Positions 23,592 to 32,611 of a stretch of DNA of 64,000 bases are shown here, piece after piece (positions within the stretch are counted from its first letter, which is position 1; every line of letters starts with the position of its first letter). The notes beneath the pieces were generated by a model. It searched no databases. It had not been told where the DNA came from and worked only from the letters and a program-made list of their open reading frames with translations. The stretch comes from an uncultured Gammaproteobacteria bacterium (GTDB lineage: Bacteria > Pseudomonadota > Gammaproteobacteria > SURF-13): assembly GCA_947085325.1 (NCBI GenBank), contig CAMTVY010000010.1:121276-185275 (forward strand), in the 5' to 3' direction. Made by a program: the position numbers and the translations under genes.

Positions 23592-24317
23592 ATGATTCAG
23601 GACGAAGACATACGCAGGCAGTATCTGCACGCAATGGGCATAACGCTGTGGGAGCAGCGGCATGCCCGACCACAGGCGGGAGGCAGCATGCCCACAGAGC
23701 AGGCAGACGCTGTGCCGGTGACACAGACGCCGCAGGCGGCTGTAGACAGCACCGATCAGCGTGCATGGGACGAACTCGAGCAGGCGGTGCGTACCTGCAC
23801 CCGCTGTCCGCTGTATGAAACGCGCACGCAGGCGGTGTTCGGGGTCGGTAACAAGCGCGCCGAGTGGATGGTGATCGGAGAGGCGCCGGGTGCCGATGAA
23901 GACCGGCAGGGCGAACCGTTTGTGGGGCGGGCGGGGCAATTGCTCACATCCATGCTGAAGGCCATGGGGCTCACGCGGGAGCAGGTATACATCGCCAATA
24001 TCCTGAAAAGCCGGCCGCCCAACAACCGTGATCCGCTGCCGGAAGAGGTGGCCGCGTGCGAGCCTTATCTCAAACGCCAACTGGAACTGATCCGGCCCAA
24101 AATCATACTCACGGTGGGCCGCATCGCGGCGCAGAACCTGCTCAAGACAGACACCAAAATCGGTGCGCTGCGCGGCCGGCGCCATACCTGCCCCGGCACG
24201 GACATTCCTGTCGTGGTGACCTACCATCCGGCTTACCTGTTGCGGTCGCCGCTGGAGAAGCGCAAGGCCTGGGAAGACCTGAAGTTTGCGCGCCGGGTGC
24301 TGCGAGGTGACGCGTGA
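23592..24317 (+). CDS. uracil-DNA glycosylase, family 4 (4Fe-4S)
   Basis: [36 protein letters not shown]...[12 protein letters not shown] carries the family-4 UDG motifs. Confidence 0.85.
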   Translation: MIQDEDIRRQYLHAMGITLWEQRHARPQAGGSMPTEQADAVPVTQTPQAAVDSTDQRAWDELEQAVRTCTRCPLYETRTQAVFGVGNKRAEWMVIGEAPGADEDRQGEPFVGRAGQLLTSMLKAMGLTREQVYIANILKSRPPNNRDPLPEEVAACEPYLKRQLELIRPKIILTVGRIAAQNLLKTDTKIGALRGRRHTCPGTDIPVVVTYHPAYLLRSPLEKRKAWEDLKFARRVLRGDA

Positions 24318-24370
24318 GCCAGGTGCTGTATGCGCCGCTGGAGATGTTTTCTGACACCCATCTGCGCCCC

Positions 24371-24796
24371 ATGACTGCCGAGGACATCGAGGCTGTGATG
24401 GCGATCGAGCTGCGTGCCTACGAGTATCCGTGGAGCGAGGGCATTTTCCATGACTGCCTGAACGTCGGCTACTGTTGCTGGGTGTACAAGACAGAGCATG
24501 CGCTTGCAGGCTATGCGGTAATGTCAGTCGGCGCGGGCGAGTCGCACATCCTGAATCTCTGTGTGCGGCCCGAATCGCGCAGGCGCGGGCTGGGCCGCCG
24601 CCTGCTCAAGCACATGCTGGCTATCGCGCGCGGTCATCAGGCGGATACCGCATTGCTCGAGGTGCGGCCCTCGAACCGCGATGCCATAGCGCTGTATAGG
24701 GCGGTGGGCTTCAATGAGGTCGGCATACGCAAGGCCTATTACCCTGCCGCCGATGGCAAGGAAGATGCCATCATTCTCGCGCTCAGTTTGCTATAA
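24371..24796 (+). CDS. rimI: ribosomal-protein-alanine N-acetyltransferase RimI
   Basis: GNAT fold aligning with E. coli RimI ([10 protein letters not shown]...[18 protein letters not shown]...[16 protein letters not shown]). An alternative GTG start at 24314 would overlap the UDG stop. Confidence 0.8.
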   Translation: MTAEDIEAVMAIELRAYEYPWSEGIFHDCLNVGYCCWVYKTEHALAGYAVMSVGAGESHILNLCVRPESRRRGLGRRLLKHMLAIARGHQADTALLEVRPSNRDAIALYRAVGFNEVGIRKAYYPAADGKEDAIILALSLL

Positions 24797-24834
24797 TTGG
24801 CGCTACTGATCTTTCGATACCGTTTTATTTCCCG

Positions 24835-26415
24835 ATGTCCGTAATCAGCAGCGAAGCAGCGCGACGCCGCACCTTCGCCATTATTTCCCATCCCGACGCG
24901 GGCAAGACCACGCTCACCGAAAAGCTGTTGCTGTTCGGCGGCGCGATCCAGCTCGCGGGTACGGTGAAGGGGCGCAAGAGCCAGCGCCATGCAACCTCCG
25001 ACTGGATGGAGCTGGAAAAGCAGCGCGGTATTTCCGTCACTTCCTCGGTGATGCAGTTCCCCTATCGCGACAAGATCATCAATCTGCTCGACACGCCGGG
25101 GCACGAGGATTTTTCCGAGGACACCTACCGCACGCTGACCGCAGTCGATTCCGCGCTCATGGTCATAGATTCCGCCAAGGGCGTAGAGGCGCGCACCATC
25201 AAGTTGCTGGAGGTGTGCCGCCTGCGCACCACACCTATCGTCACCTTCATCAACAAGCTCGACCGCGAAGGGCGCGCGCCGGTCGAACTGCTGGATGAAA
25301 TCGAAACCGTGCTCAACATCCGCTGCGCACCGGTAACCTGGCCCATCGGCATGGGCAAGCGCTTCAAGGGCATCTTTCATCTGCCCAACGACAGCGTGCA
25401 CCTGTTTGCGTCTGCGCACGGCGGCAAGATACAGCAGGGCGAAATCATCCAGGGCCTGGACAATCCGCGTCTCGATGAACTGTTCGGCCCCATGGCGGCG
25501 GAACTGCGCGAGGAGATCGAACTGGTCAAGGGCGCCAGTCATGCGTTTAATCTTCAGTCTTTTCTCGCCGGAGAACTGACGCCGGTGTTTTTCGGCTCGG
25601 CGATGAACAATTTCGGCGTGAAAGAATTGCTCGATGCCTTTGTCGAGGTCGCGCCGCCGCCGCAACCGCGCGCCACCACCACGCGCAGCGTGCAGGCCGA
25701 GGAAGAAAAATTCACCGGTTTCGTTTTTAAAATACAGGCCAATATGGATCCGGCGCACCGCGACCGCATCGCGTTTGTGCGCGTGTGCTCGGGCAGTTAT
25801 TCAAAAGGCATGAGAATTCACCACGTGCGCATCGCGCGCGAGGTGCAGATATCGAACGCCATCACCTTCATGGCCGGCGAGCGCGAGCACATCGACGCCG
25901 CCTTTCCCGGCGACATCATCGGCTTGCACAACCACGGCACGATCCAGATCGGCGACACCTTCACCCAGGGCGAAGAACTGAAATTCACCGGCATCCCGTA
26001 TTTCTCGCCCGAGCTGTTCCGCCGCGTGCGGCTGCGCGATCCGTTGCGCATGAAGGCGCTGCAAAAGGGGCTCGATCAACTGTGTGAAGAAGGCGCGACC
26101 CAGCTATTCCGCCCCTTGAGTAGCAATGATCTGATTCTGGGCGCCGTCGGCGTGCTGCAATTCGACGTGGTGGCCTACCGCCTGCAGCACGAGTACGGCG
26201 TGGAATGCGCCTTCGAGAATGTGCAAGTCGCCACTGCGCGCTGGGTGAAGTGTGCCGATGCCAAAAAGCTGGAGGAGTTCCGCCAGAAAGCGTACGACCA
26301 TCTTGCCTTGGACAGCGCGGGCCAGCTCGCCTACATCGCGCCCACACGCATCAATCTGGAGCTGACCATGGAGCGCTGGCCGGAGATCGAGTTCCGCGCC
26401 ACGCGCGAGCATTAG
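24835..26415 (+). CDS. prfC: peptide chain release factor 3
   Basis: [29 protein letters not shown]..., full-length RF3 GTPase. Confidence 0.97.
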   Translation: MSVISSEAARRRTFAIISHPDAGKTTLTEKLLLFGGAIQLAGTVKGRKSQRHATSDWMELEKQRGISVTSSVMQFPYRDKIINLLDTPGHEDFSEDTYRTLTAVDSALMVIDSAKGVEARTIKLLEVCRLRTTPIVTFINKLDREGRAPVELLDEIETVLNIRCAPVTWPIGMGKRFKGIFHLPNDSVHLFASAHGGKIQQGEIIQGLDNPRLDELFGPMAAELREEIELVKGASHAFNLQSFLAGELTPVFFGSAMNNFGVKELLDAFVEVAPPPQPRATTTRSVQAEEEKFTGFVFKIQANMDPAHRDRIAFVRVCSGSYSKGMRIHHVRIAREVQISNAITFMAGEREHIDAAFPGDIIGLHNHGTIQIGDTFTQGEELKFTGIPYFSPELFRRVRLRDPLRMKALQKGLDQLCEEGATQLFRPLSSNDLILGAVGVLQFDVVAYRLQHEYGVECAFENVQVATARWVKCADAKKLEEFRQKAYDHLALDSAGQLAYIAPTRINLELTMERWPEIEFRATREH

Positions 26416-26419
26416 CAGC

Positions 26420-27364
26420 CTACTTGCGCAGTCCCAGCAGGATGGCCTCGGCGCGTGCGCCGAAATAAACGTATAACCCGAGGCCTACCAGCAGGCCCAC
26501 CGCGGTCAACATCATCCACACGCCCTGCAGTGTCTCCGCGCCGTTGTTCAAGGCGCCCTTGAACATCAGCATCAAGGCCTCGATGGAGACTGCAATCAGG
26601 ATCGCGGCGATGAAGCGGGTGATGGTGCGCCGGGTGGAACTGTGGCGGAGGATATCTTTCTGCATCAACACCTCTTCTTCCAGGATGGTCTTCCCCAGAT
26701 CGAAGATGGCGAGCGCCAGGGTTATGAAGATGATAACGCTGAACGGCTTGAGCTGTATGGCCTCGAGGGTATGTCCTGCCTGAAACAGGGTGGCGAGATC
26801 GGTGAAGGCGGAATACAGCAGCACCGCCACCACGCTGAACAACCCGATCACAATCAGCGCATAAATGGATTTGAACACTGGTTGAAACCTGCTCCGCGAA
26901 CCGTCACCCATGAGAAATTCGATGGTCTTGGCCAGATCAACATCAAGCACCAGATAGCCTGTGGTTTGTGTGTGACTGTCATGGATTTTTATCACCGCCG
27001 TGATGCACAACTTTCTGCTGGCGTTGGATAAATAAGGATCGGTGACGGTGATCTGATTGTTGGCGCGCGCTTGAATAAAGTAAGGACGCTGGCTGCGATC
27101 CTTGCTCTTGCCGTCTTCGATGGCCTGCTTCCAGTAGGGGCTGGTGATGTTGTCACTGGTTTGCATGCCGCTGGCATCGAGAATATAGAGCAGGTCAACA
27201 AAACGATAGAGTTTTGCGAGTGACTGCATCGCCTTGTGTTGCGCCGTGGGGTCATCCATCAGGCACGGTTCCGCGATGCCGGTCAGGATGGAGGCCACCA
27301 TGTCCTGTACGCCTGCGCGATGTTCGTGATAACGCTCGATGACGTTAATGTAATTCATGGTCAA
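26420..27364 (-). CDS. hypothetical membrane protein: N-terminal cytoplasmic Cache/PDC-like domain plus four C-terminal TM helices
   Basis: No N-terminal TM or signal peptide. DPYLSNASRKLCITAVIKI resembles the Cache/PDC core motif. Four hydrophobic helices follow and no output domain is present. GC is lower than the flanks. Confidence 0.5.
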   Translation of the reverse strand: MTMNYINVIERYHEHRAGVQDMVASILTGIAEPCLMDDPTAQHKAMQSLAKLYRFVDLLYILDASGMQTSDNITSPYWKQAIEDGKSKDRSQRPYFIQARANNQITVTDPYLSNASRKLCITAVIKIHDSHTQTTGYLVLDVDLAKTIEFLMGDGSRSRFQPVFKSIYALIVIGLFSVVAVLLYSAFTDLATLFQAGHTLEAIQLKPFSVIIFITLALAIFDLGKTILEEEVLMQKDILRHSSTRRTITRFIAAILIAVSIEALMLMFKGALNNGAETLQGVWMMLTAVGLLVGLGLYVYFGARAEAILLGLRK

Positions 27365-27379
27365 CCCCGGTTATCCTGC

Positions 27380-28672
27380 CTAGAATTGAAAGTCGGCCTG
27401 TAGCCAGAATTTGCTCAAGTCGCGTGACAAGGTGAGATTGCGCGCCACGTTGGTGGCATTGGTGTCGCCGCTGTAGTCGGCATATTTGGCCAGCAGGGTG
27501 AGAGTCTTGTTCACCTTCTTGCTGGCTTGCAGGCCCAGCTCGCTGCCGTAGTCGTAGCCGCCGGTGTCGGAAGAATAGCGGTCGTAACGCGCGAGCCAGT
27601 GGATGCCCTTCCAGCTTTTTTCGAGGGTGACGAAAATATCTTGCAAGCCATCCCTGGGCGTGCCCAGGAACTGATCGGCCCAGCCGTTGAAGGCATGCCC
27701 TGTGGCAAACGGCGTGGCAAAGCCGTATACCCCGTCACCGCCCAATACTTCGTAGTTCAATTTGACCTGGACGGTCTTGACCTCGGCGCCCAGAACCAGA
27801 TTCCTGTAGCTGGCGTCGACGCTGCTTGCACCGTTTTTATAATCACTCTGATTGGCGTACTCCGCAGTGTAGAAAAATTTGGTGCCGCCTTCCGGCTGAT
27901 GCCAGCCGTCAAAACGCAGGCCCAGTGTTTTATTGGACGCGGTGACTGCAATTGGCTGCCCCGGCGCATAGTCCAGCAGGTAGGCATAGCCGATCAGGGT
28001 GCCGGGCTTGAAACCGCGATAGGCGATGTTCAAAAGCTCACCGTTGAGCCTGACGTCACCCTGGCTGCTATTCTGGCCGAAAATACGGTTGGCGTTGGTT
28101 ACGTGAGCAAAGAAGACGTTGACGTTATTGGTCACTGCGGACGTTGCGGAAAAGGCGTCGAATGTCTGTGAATTCTGCCGCCAGCCTACGCTGCCGATGA
28201 AGCGCTGGTTGTCGAGATTGATGATCTGCCGTCCGTACCTGATAGTGGTATCCGCAAGCAGCGTATCGGGGCCTCCTTTGTAACTGATAAAGCCCTGATT
28301 GATCTCGGTGCTCTCCGGATCGGCAACGGTGGGGTACTGGGTCAAGCCGTTGATGGTGTCGTTGTAGCGGTTGCTGCCGAGATTGCGGATGTCTTCAAAC
28401 TGCACAAAGACGCCGAAGCCCTTGAAGTCACCGGTGGCGTAGCCAAGCTGTGTGCGCAGGGTGAAGGCGCTGGCCTTGTCGGACTTGCCTTCCTGGGTGA
28501 CCGACTCGAAGCGCGGACGCAACTGGCCGGAGACCTTGCCTCCGGTAATGGCCTCAAGAAAGGCTCCCTCGGCATGAGCCGCCGGCGATACAAGCAGGCC
28601 CAGCAGGTGAATGAGGCCCACATAATAGACAGGTCTGCGCATGCGGTTTACGGATGGTGTGATGAAGTTCAT
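27380..28672 (-). CDS. outer-membrane porin, alginate-export (AlgE-like) family, adjacent to the nitrate-type ABC transporter
   Basis: Signal peptide ending AHA-EG. Alternating beta-strand pattern and a C-terminal aromatic residue (WLQADFQF). Family assignment is from motif resemblance only. Confidence 0.6.
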   Translation of the reverse strand: MNFITPSVNRMRRPVYYVGLIHLLGLLVSPAAHAEGAFLEAITGGKVSGQLRPRFESVTQEGKSDKASAFTLRTQLGYATGDFKGFGVFVQFEDIRNLGSNRYNDTINGLTQYPTVADPESTEINQGFISYKGGPDTLLADTTIRYGRQIINLDNQRFIGSVGWRQNSQTFDAFSATSAVTNNVNVFFAHVTNANRIFGQNSSQGDVRLNGELLNIAYRGFKPGTLIGYAYLLDYAPGQPIAVTASNKTLGLRFDGWHQPEGGTKFFYTAEYANQSDYKNGASSVDASYRNLVLGAEVKTVQVKLNYEVLGGDGVYGFATPFATGHAFNGWADQFLGTPRDGLQDIFVTLEKSWKGIHWLARYDRYSSDTGGYDYGSELGLQASKKVNKTLTLLAKYADYSGDTNATNVARNLTLSRDLSKFWLQADFQF

Positions 28673-28705
28673 GTAATGAAGCTCCTTGATTATGTTTGGA
28701 TTGGA

Positions 28706-29527
28706 TCAGGCGGCATGCCTGGCATGGCGCTGATAGAGAAATTTCAATACCTCACTGCGCAGGCTCGCGTAACGCGCATCTTCGGCCAGCGCCAAACGGT
28801 TGCGCGGACGCGGCAGGGCGATCTCCAGTACTTGCCCGATCGTGGCCGCAGGGCCGTTGGTCATCATGACGACACGATCGGAGAGCAGCACCGCTTCGTC
28901 CACGTCGTGGGTCACCATCATTACCGTGCAGCCGCTGGCCGCAACGATGCGCATCAGTTCGTCCTGCAGCAGTGCGCGTGTCAGGGCATCCAATGCACCA
29001 AAGGGTTCATCCAGCAGCAGCACCTTGGGTTGCATGGAGAGCGCGCGCGCGATGCCGACGCGCTGCTTCATCCCGCCCGAGATTTCGTGCGGATATTTAT
29101 GCTGCGCCTCCTTGAGGCCGACCAGGTCGAGCACCTGTTCGGTGCGCTCACGCAAACGCGGTTTTTTCTCGGTGCGGCCAAAGACGCGCTCCACCGCGAG
29201 GTACACGTTGCCGAAGCAGGTGAGCCAGGGCAGCAGCGAGTGATTCTGGAACACCACGCCGCGATCCGGGCCGGGCCCGGTGATCTCGCGCCCGTTGCAG
29301 AGCATGATGCCGCCGCTCGCCGGAGTGAGGCCCGCCACAAGATTGAGCAAGGTGGATTTGCCGCAGCCCGAGTGGCCAATAATGGAAACAAACTCACCTT
29401 GTTGAATCGCCAGGTTGATGTCGGTGATGGCCGTGTAGGTGCCCTGTCTGGTGACAAAGACCCGCTCTACATTTTCCAGTTGTATGAATTTTTTGTGCAT
29501 GGCTGTTCCTTTTGGGTCAACTGTCAA
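28706..29527 (-). CDS. ABC transporter ATP-binding protein, nitrate/sulfonate/bicarbonate (NrtD/SsuB/CmpD) family
   Basis: Walker A GHSGCGKST, signature LSGGMKQR, Walker B LLLDEPF. Confidence 0.85.
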   Translation of the reverse strand: MTVDPKGTAMHKKFIQLENVERVFVTRQGTYTAITDINLAIQQGEFVSIIGHSGCGKSTLLNLVAGLTPASGGIMLCNGREITGPGPDRGVVFQNHSLLPWLTCFGNVYLAVERVFGRTEKKPRLRERTEQVLDLVGLKEAQHKYPHEISGGMKQRVGIARALSMQPKVLLLDEPFGALDALTRALLQDELMRIVAASGCTVMMVTHDVDEAVLLSDRVVMMTNGPAATIGQVLEIALPRPRNRLALAEDARYASLRSEVLKFLYQRHARHAA

Positions 29528-30423
29528 TATTCAAAGCGTCTGGCGAGCATGAGCAGCGCCTGTTCGAGTAACAGACCGATGATGCCGACGACAAAAATGG
29601 CGATGATGATGTGCTCGACATTGAGATTGTTCCATTCGTCCCACACCCAGAATCCGATTCCCACGCCGCCGGTCAGCATCTCCGCCGCCACGATGACCAG
29701 CCAAGCCACACCGACGGACAGCCTGACCCCGGTCATCATGTAGGGCAGTACTGCGGGAAACAGGATTTTGCTGAATATCCTGAATTCCGACAGGTTCAAT
29801 ACGCGCGCAACATTGAGGTAGTCGACCGGCACCTTGGTTACGCCGACCGCCGTGTTGATGACCATGGGCCAGATGCTGGAGATGAAGATCACCCAGATCG
29901 CGGCGGGCTGCGCCTCCTTGAATACCAGCAAGCCGATGGGCAGCCACGCCAGCGGCGACACCGGGCGCAGCAGGCTGATGATCGGCGCCGTCATTTTGTT
30001 TAGAAAGCTGAAACGTCCGATCATGAACCCCAGCGGGATGCCGACCAGCGCCGCGAGACCGAAGCCCAGCCCGACCCGTTCGAGGGAGTGCAGGATATTC
30101 CAGCCGATGCCTTGGTCATTCGGCCCGTTGTCGTAGAAGGGATCGCTGAATAACTCGACGGCGGAGTGCCAGGTTTTCACCGGCCCCGGCAGCTGCGGAC
30201 TGTACTCGGCGAGCAGTGACCACCCCAGCAGGAACACGATCAGACCGAGCAGCGGCGGGATCGCCCCTTTGGCCAGCGCATCCATGCCGCCATACAGTGA
30301 GGCCGTCCAGTTTCGCGCAGCCGGCCGTTGGGCCACGTTCGGCGTGGGCTGCTGCACTGAACCGGCGGCGTCATTCCTGCTTATTGGGATGACGTCTTTT
30401 TTCGTCATGGGCACCACGTTCAT
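29524..30423 (-). CDS. ABC transporter permease, NrtB/SsuC family
   Basis: BPD_transp_1 permease fold. Start set at MNVVPMTKKD (ATG 30423), preceded by AAGGAGG-ctcccg. The ORF is open to 30504 but that would overlap the SBP gene. Confidence 0.8.
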   Translation of the reverse strand: MNVVPMTKKDVIPISRNDAAGSVQQPTPNVAQRPAARNWTASLYGGMDALAKGAIPPLLGLIVFLLGWSLLAEYSPQLPGPVKTWHSAVELFSDPFYDNGPNDQGIGWNILHSLERVGLGFGLAALVGIPLGFMIGRFSFLNKMTAPIISLLRPVSPLAWLPIGLLVFKEAQPAAIWVIFISSIWPMVINTAVGVTKVPVDYLNVARVLNLSEFRIFSKILFPAVLPYMMTGVRLSVGVAWLVIVAAEMLTGGVGIGFWVWDEWNNLNVEHIIIAIFVVGIIGLLLEQALLMLARRFEY

Positions 30424-30436
30424 CGGGAGCCTCCTT

Positions 30437-31708
30437 TCAGGCCTTGAGCTGGAAGCTTGCGGCATACTGTTTGGGATTTTTTCCGTCCCATACCGTGCCG
30501 TCAAACAAGGTGCTGCTGCGCAACGGCTCGGCCGGCACCGGGACCTTGAGTTGCTCAGCCGCCTGTTTGTATAAAGCGATTTGATTTATCTGACTCGCCA
30601 CGGCCAGATAATCCGGATCCTCGGTCAGCAAGCCCCAGCGTTTATGCTGTGTCATGAACCACATGCCATCGGATAGATAAGGGAAATTGACGCGGCCGTC
30701 GTTGTAGAATTTCATGTAGTCGGGATCGATCCAGGATTTGCCGAGCCCGTTTTCATACTTGCCCAGCATGCGGCCTTCAATCACCGGATCGGGCGCATTC
30801 ACGTAAGACTTGCGGGCGATGATCTTGGCGACCTGTGGGCGATTAGCGGTGGTGTCTATATATTTCGACGCCTCCAGCACGGCCATGATGAGCGCGCGTG
30901 CCGTGTTGGGATATTTCTGGACAAACTCCAGCGTGGTGCCCAGCACCTTTTCCGGGTGGTCTTTCCAGATGGCCTGCGTGGTGGTGGCGGTGAAGCCGAC
31001 CTGGTCGTAGATCGCGCGCGCATTCCACGGCTCGCCGACACAGTAGCCATCCATGTTGCCTACGCGCATGTTCGCCACCATTTGCGGCGGCGGGATCACG
31101 ATGTTCTTGACGTCCTTGTAAGGATGAATGCCGTGCGCCGCCAGCCAGTAGTTGAGCCACATGGCATGGGTGCCGGTGGGGAATGTCTGTGCGAAGGTAT
31201 ACTCGCTCTTTTCAGTATCAATCAGTTTTTTCAGGCTCGCACCATCCACGGCGCCTTTGTCCTTGAGTGCGTTCGACAGGGTGATGGCCTGGGCGTTGTG
31301 GTTGAGGCCCATCAGGATCGCCATGTCTTTTTTCTGGCCGCCGATGCCGAGCTGCACGCCGTAGATGAGGCCGTACAACACGTGCGCGGCGTCCAGTTCG
31401 CCCAGCATCAGTTTGTCGCGCACCCCGGCCCAGCTCGCCTCTTTGGTCACCGTCACGTTGAGGCCGTATTTTTTGTACAGGCCGAGCTCGCCCGCCATCA
31501 CCACGCTGGCGCAGTCGGTGAGAGGAATAAAACCAATCTTGAGATCGGTTTTTTCCGGTGCATCGGAACCGGCGGCATGCACGCGGCTGCTGAGACCGGC
31601 GGGCATCACGCTGTAGATGCTTGCGGCGAGCAGCGATTTCATGAATTCACGGCGCGTCGTGCCCGTAGTGCTGCCGGTGGGTAGTTCAGTCTGTGTGTCA
31701 TGCGTCAT
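30437..31708 (-). CDS. ABC transporter substrate-binding protein, NrtA/CmpA-like, Tat-exported
   Basis: Twin-arginine signal (TRREFMKSLLAASIYSVMPAGLSSRVHAAG), then an NMT1/NrtA-type fold. Confidence 0.85.
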   Translation of the reverse strand: MTHDTQTELPTGSTTGTTRREFMKSLLAASIYSVMPAGLSSRVHAAGSDAPEKTDLKIGFIPLTDCASVVMAGELGLYKKYGLNVTVTKEASWAGVRDKLMLGELDAAHVLYGLIYGVQLGIGGQKKDMAILMGLNHNAQAITLSNALKDKGAVDGASLKKLIDTEKSEYTFAQTFPTGTHAMWLNYWLAAHGIHPYKDVKNIVIPPPQMVANMRVGNMDGYCVGEPWNARAIYDQVGFTATTTQAIWKDHPEKVLGTTLEFVQKYPNTARALIMAVLEASKYIDTTANRPQVAKIIARKSYVNAPDPVIEGRMLGKYENGLGKSWIDPDYMKFYNDGRVNFPYLSDGMWFMTQHKRWGLLTEDPDYLAVASQINQIALYKQAAEQLKVPVPAEPLRSSTLFDGTVWDGKNPKQYAASFQLKA

Positions 31709-31742
31709 GGCAAAATCTCCTCATCAAGTTATACATAGCGCC

Positions 31743-31821
31743 AAAAAAAAGCGCCCATCCCGCAAGGATTGCTCCCGCAGAATGGACGCCGTTGTCCATG
31801 CGCAAGCCGGCATTGGCTTGC
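31743..31821 (-). promoter_or_regulatory. candidate ANTAR-responsive antitermination leader upstream of the nrtA-like gene
   Basis: In the RNA sense there are two adjacent 6-7 bp hairpins with hexaloops AAUGCC and AACGGC (A at position 1, G at position 4). They are separated by 2 nt, then about 30 nt of GC-rich sequence and a U8 tract 35 nt before the start codon. Confidence 0.55.
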
Positions 31822-31896
31822 TGGTACTTTAGTTACGGAACCAGCCCTTCGTTGGGAGGGTTCTTGAATCTGCTGCGCTTAAGCCGACTTACGACT

Positions 31897-32484
31897 TCAC
31901 ATCAATAATTCCGCCGCTGTAATGACCGTCTGCGCCACTTCCGTCATGCGCAGGTTGCGTGTCATGGCCAGCTTGCGCAGGGCTTGATAGGCCTCGTCTT
32001 CCGAACACTGGCGCTGTTTCATGACCATCCCCTTGGCGCGCTCGATCAGCTTGCGCTCCTCCAGCGCAGTAGTGGCCTTGGTCAACTCACCGCGCAGGGC
32101 CTGAAACTCCTGAAAGCGCGCGATGGCGACATCGATGATGGGTTTAATGCGTTCACTGCCGAGGCCGTTGACGATATAGGCGCTGACGCCGGCATGCATC
32201 GCGAGGCGAATATTTTCCTCGTCGCCGTCATGGGTGAACATCACCAGCGGCAGGTCACGACCGATACAGCACATGTGTTCCAGGGTGTCGCGGTCGGGTG
32301 ACTCCATGTCGATGATGATGACGTCCGGCTGAATCTCCGCAACGCGCGCGCGCAGGTCGTCATGGGGCGCGATGTGCGCGGCCACCGCATGGCCTGCCTG
32401 ACGCAAGGCCTGCTCCACTGCTCCGGCCCGGTGCGGGCTTTCATCCACCAGCAGCACACGTAACGCTTTAGACGGTTTATTCAT
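31897..32484 (-). CDS. nasT: ANTAR-domain response regulator (NasT/AmiR family antiterminator)
   Basis: CheY-like receiver (LLVDESP...DVIIIDMESPDRD...VMFT) plus a C-terminal ANTAR domain (ERKLIERAKGMVMKQRQCSEDEAYQALRKLAMTRNLRMTEVAQ). Start at MNKPSKALRVLLVDE; the longer ORF from 32580 would encode through a terminator hairpin. Confidence 0.85.
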   Translation of the reverse strand: MNKPSKALRVLLVDESPHRAGAVEQALRQAGHAVAAHIAPHDDLRARVAEIQPDVIIIDMESPDRDTLEHMCCIGRDLPLVMFTHDGDEENIRLAMHAGVSAYIVNGLGSERIKPIIDVAIARFQEFQALRGELTKATTALEERKLIERAKGMVMKQRQCSEDEAYQALRKLAMTRNLRMTEVAQTVITAAELLM

Positions 32485-32504
32485 ATTCAGCCGGGCGGCC
32501 AGCA

Positions 32505-32548
32505 GGTATAAAAAGAACCCACTCTCCGAGGAGAGGCGGAGAGTGGGT
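32505..32548 (-). terminator. intrinsic-terminator-like hairpin between the two ANTAR regulator genes
   Basis: In the RNA sense: ACCCACUCUCCG-ccucuccu-CGGAGAGUGGGU (a 12-bp perfect stem) followed by UCUUUUUA. It ends 21 nt before the nasT start codon. Confidence 0.5.
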
Positions 32549-32611
32549 GTGAGCACCAGACATGCGCCCCACATAGCCAACTGAAGTTATTCGCATCATC
32601 ATCGACCTGAT

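Noticed and set aside
32241-32580. Upstream extension of the first ANTAR regulator (start at 32580) and nested 72-aa ORF 32241-32459
   Set aside because: The extension would read through a 12-bp-stem terminator hairpin plus U tract. The receiver domain begins at MNKPSKALRVLLVDE (32484), and the nested ORF is in another frame inside it.
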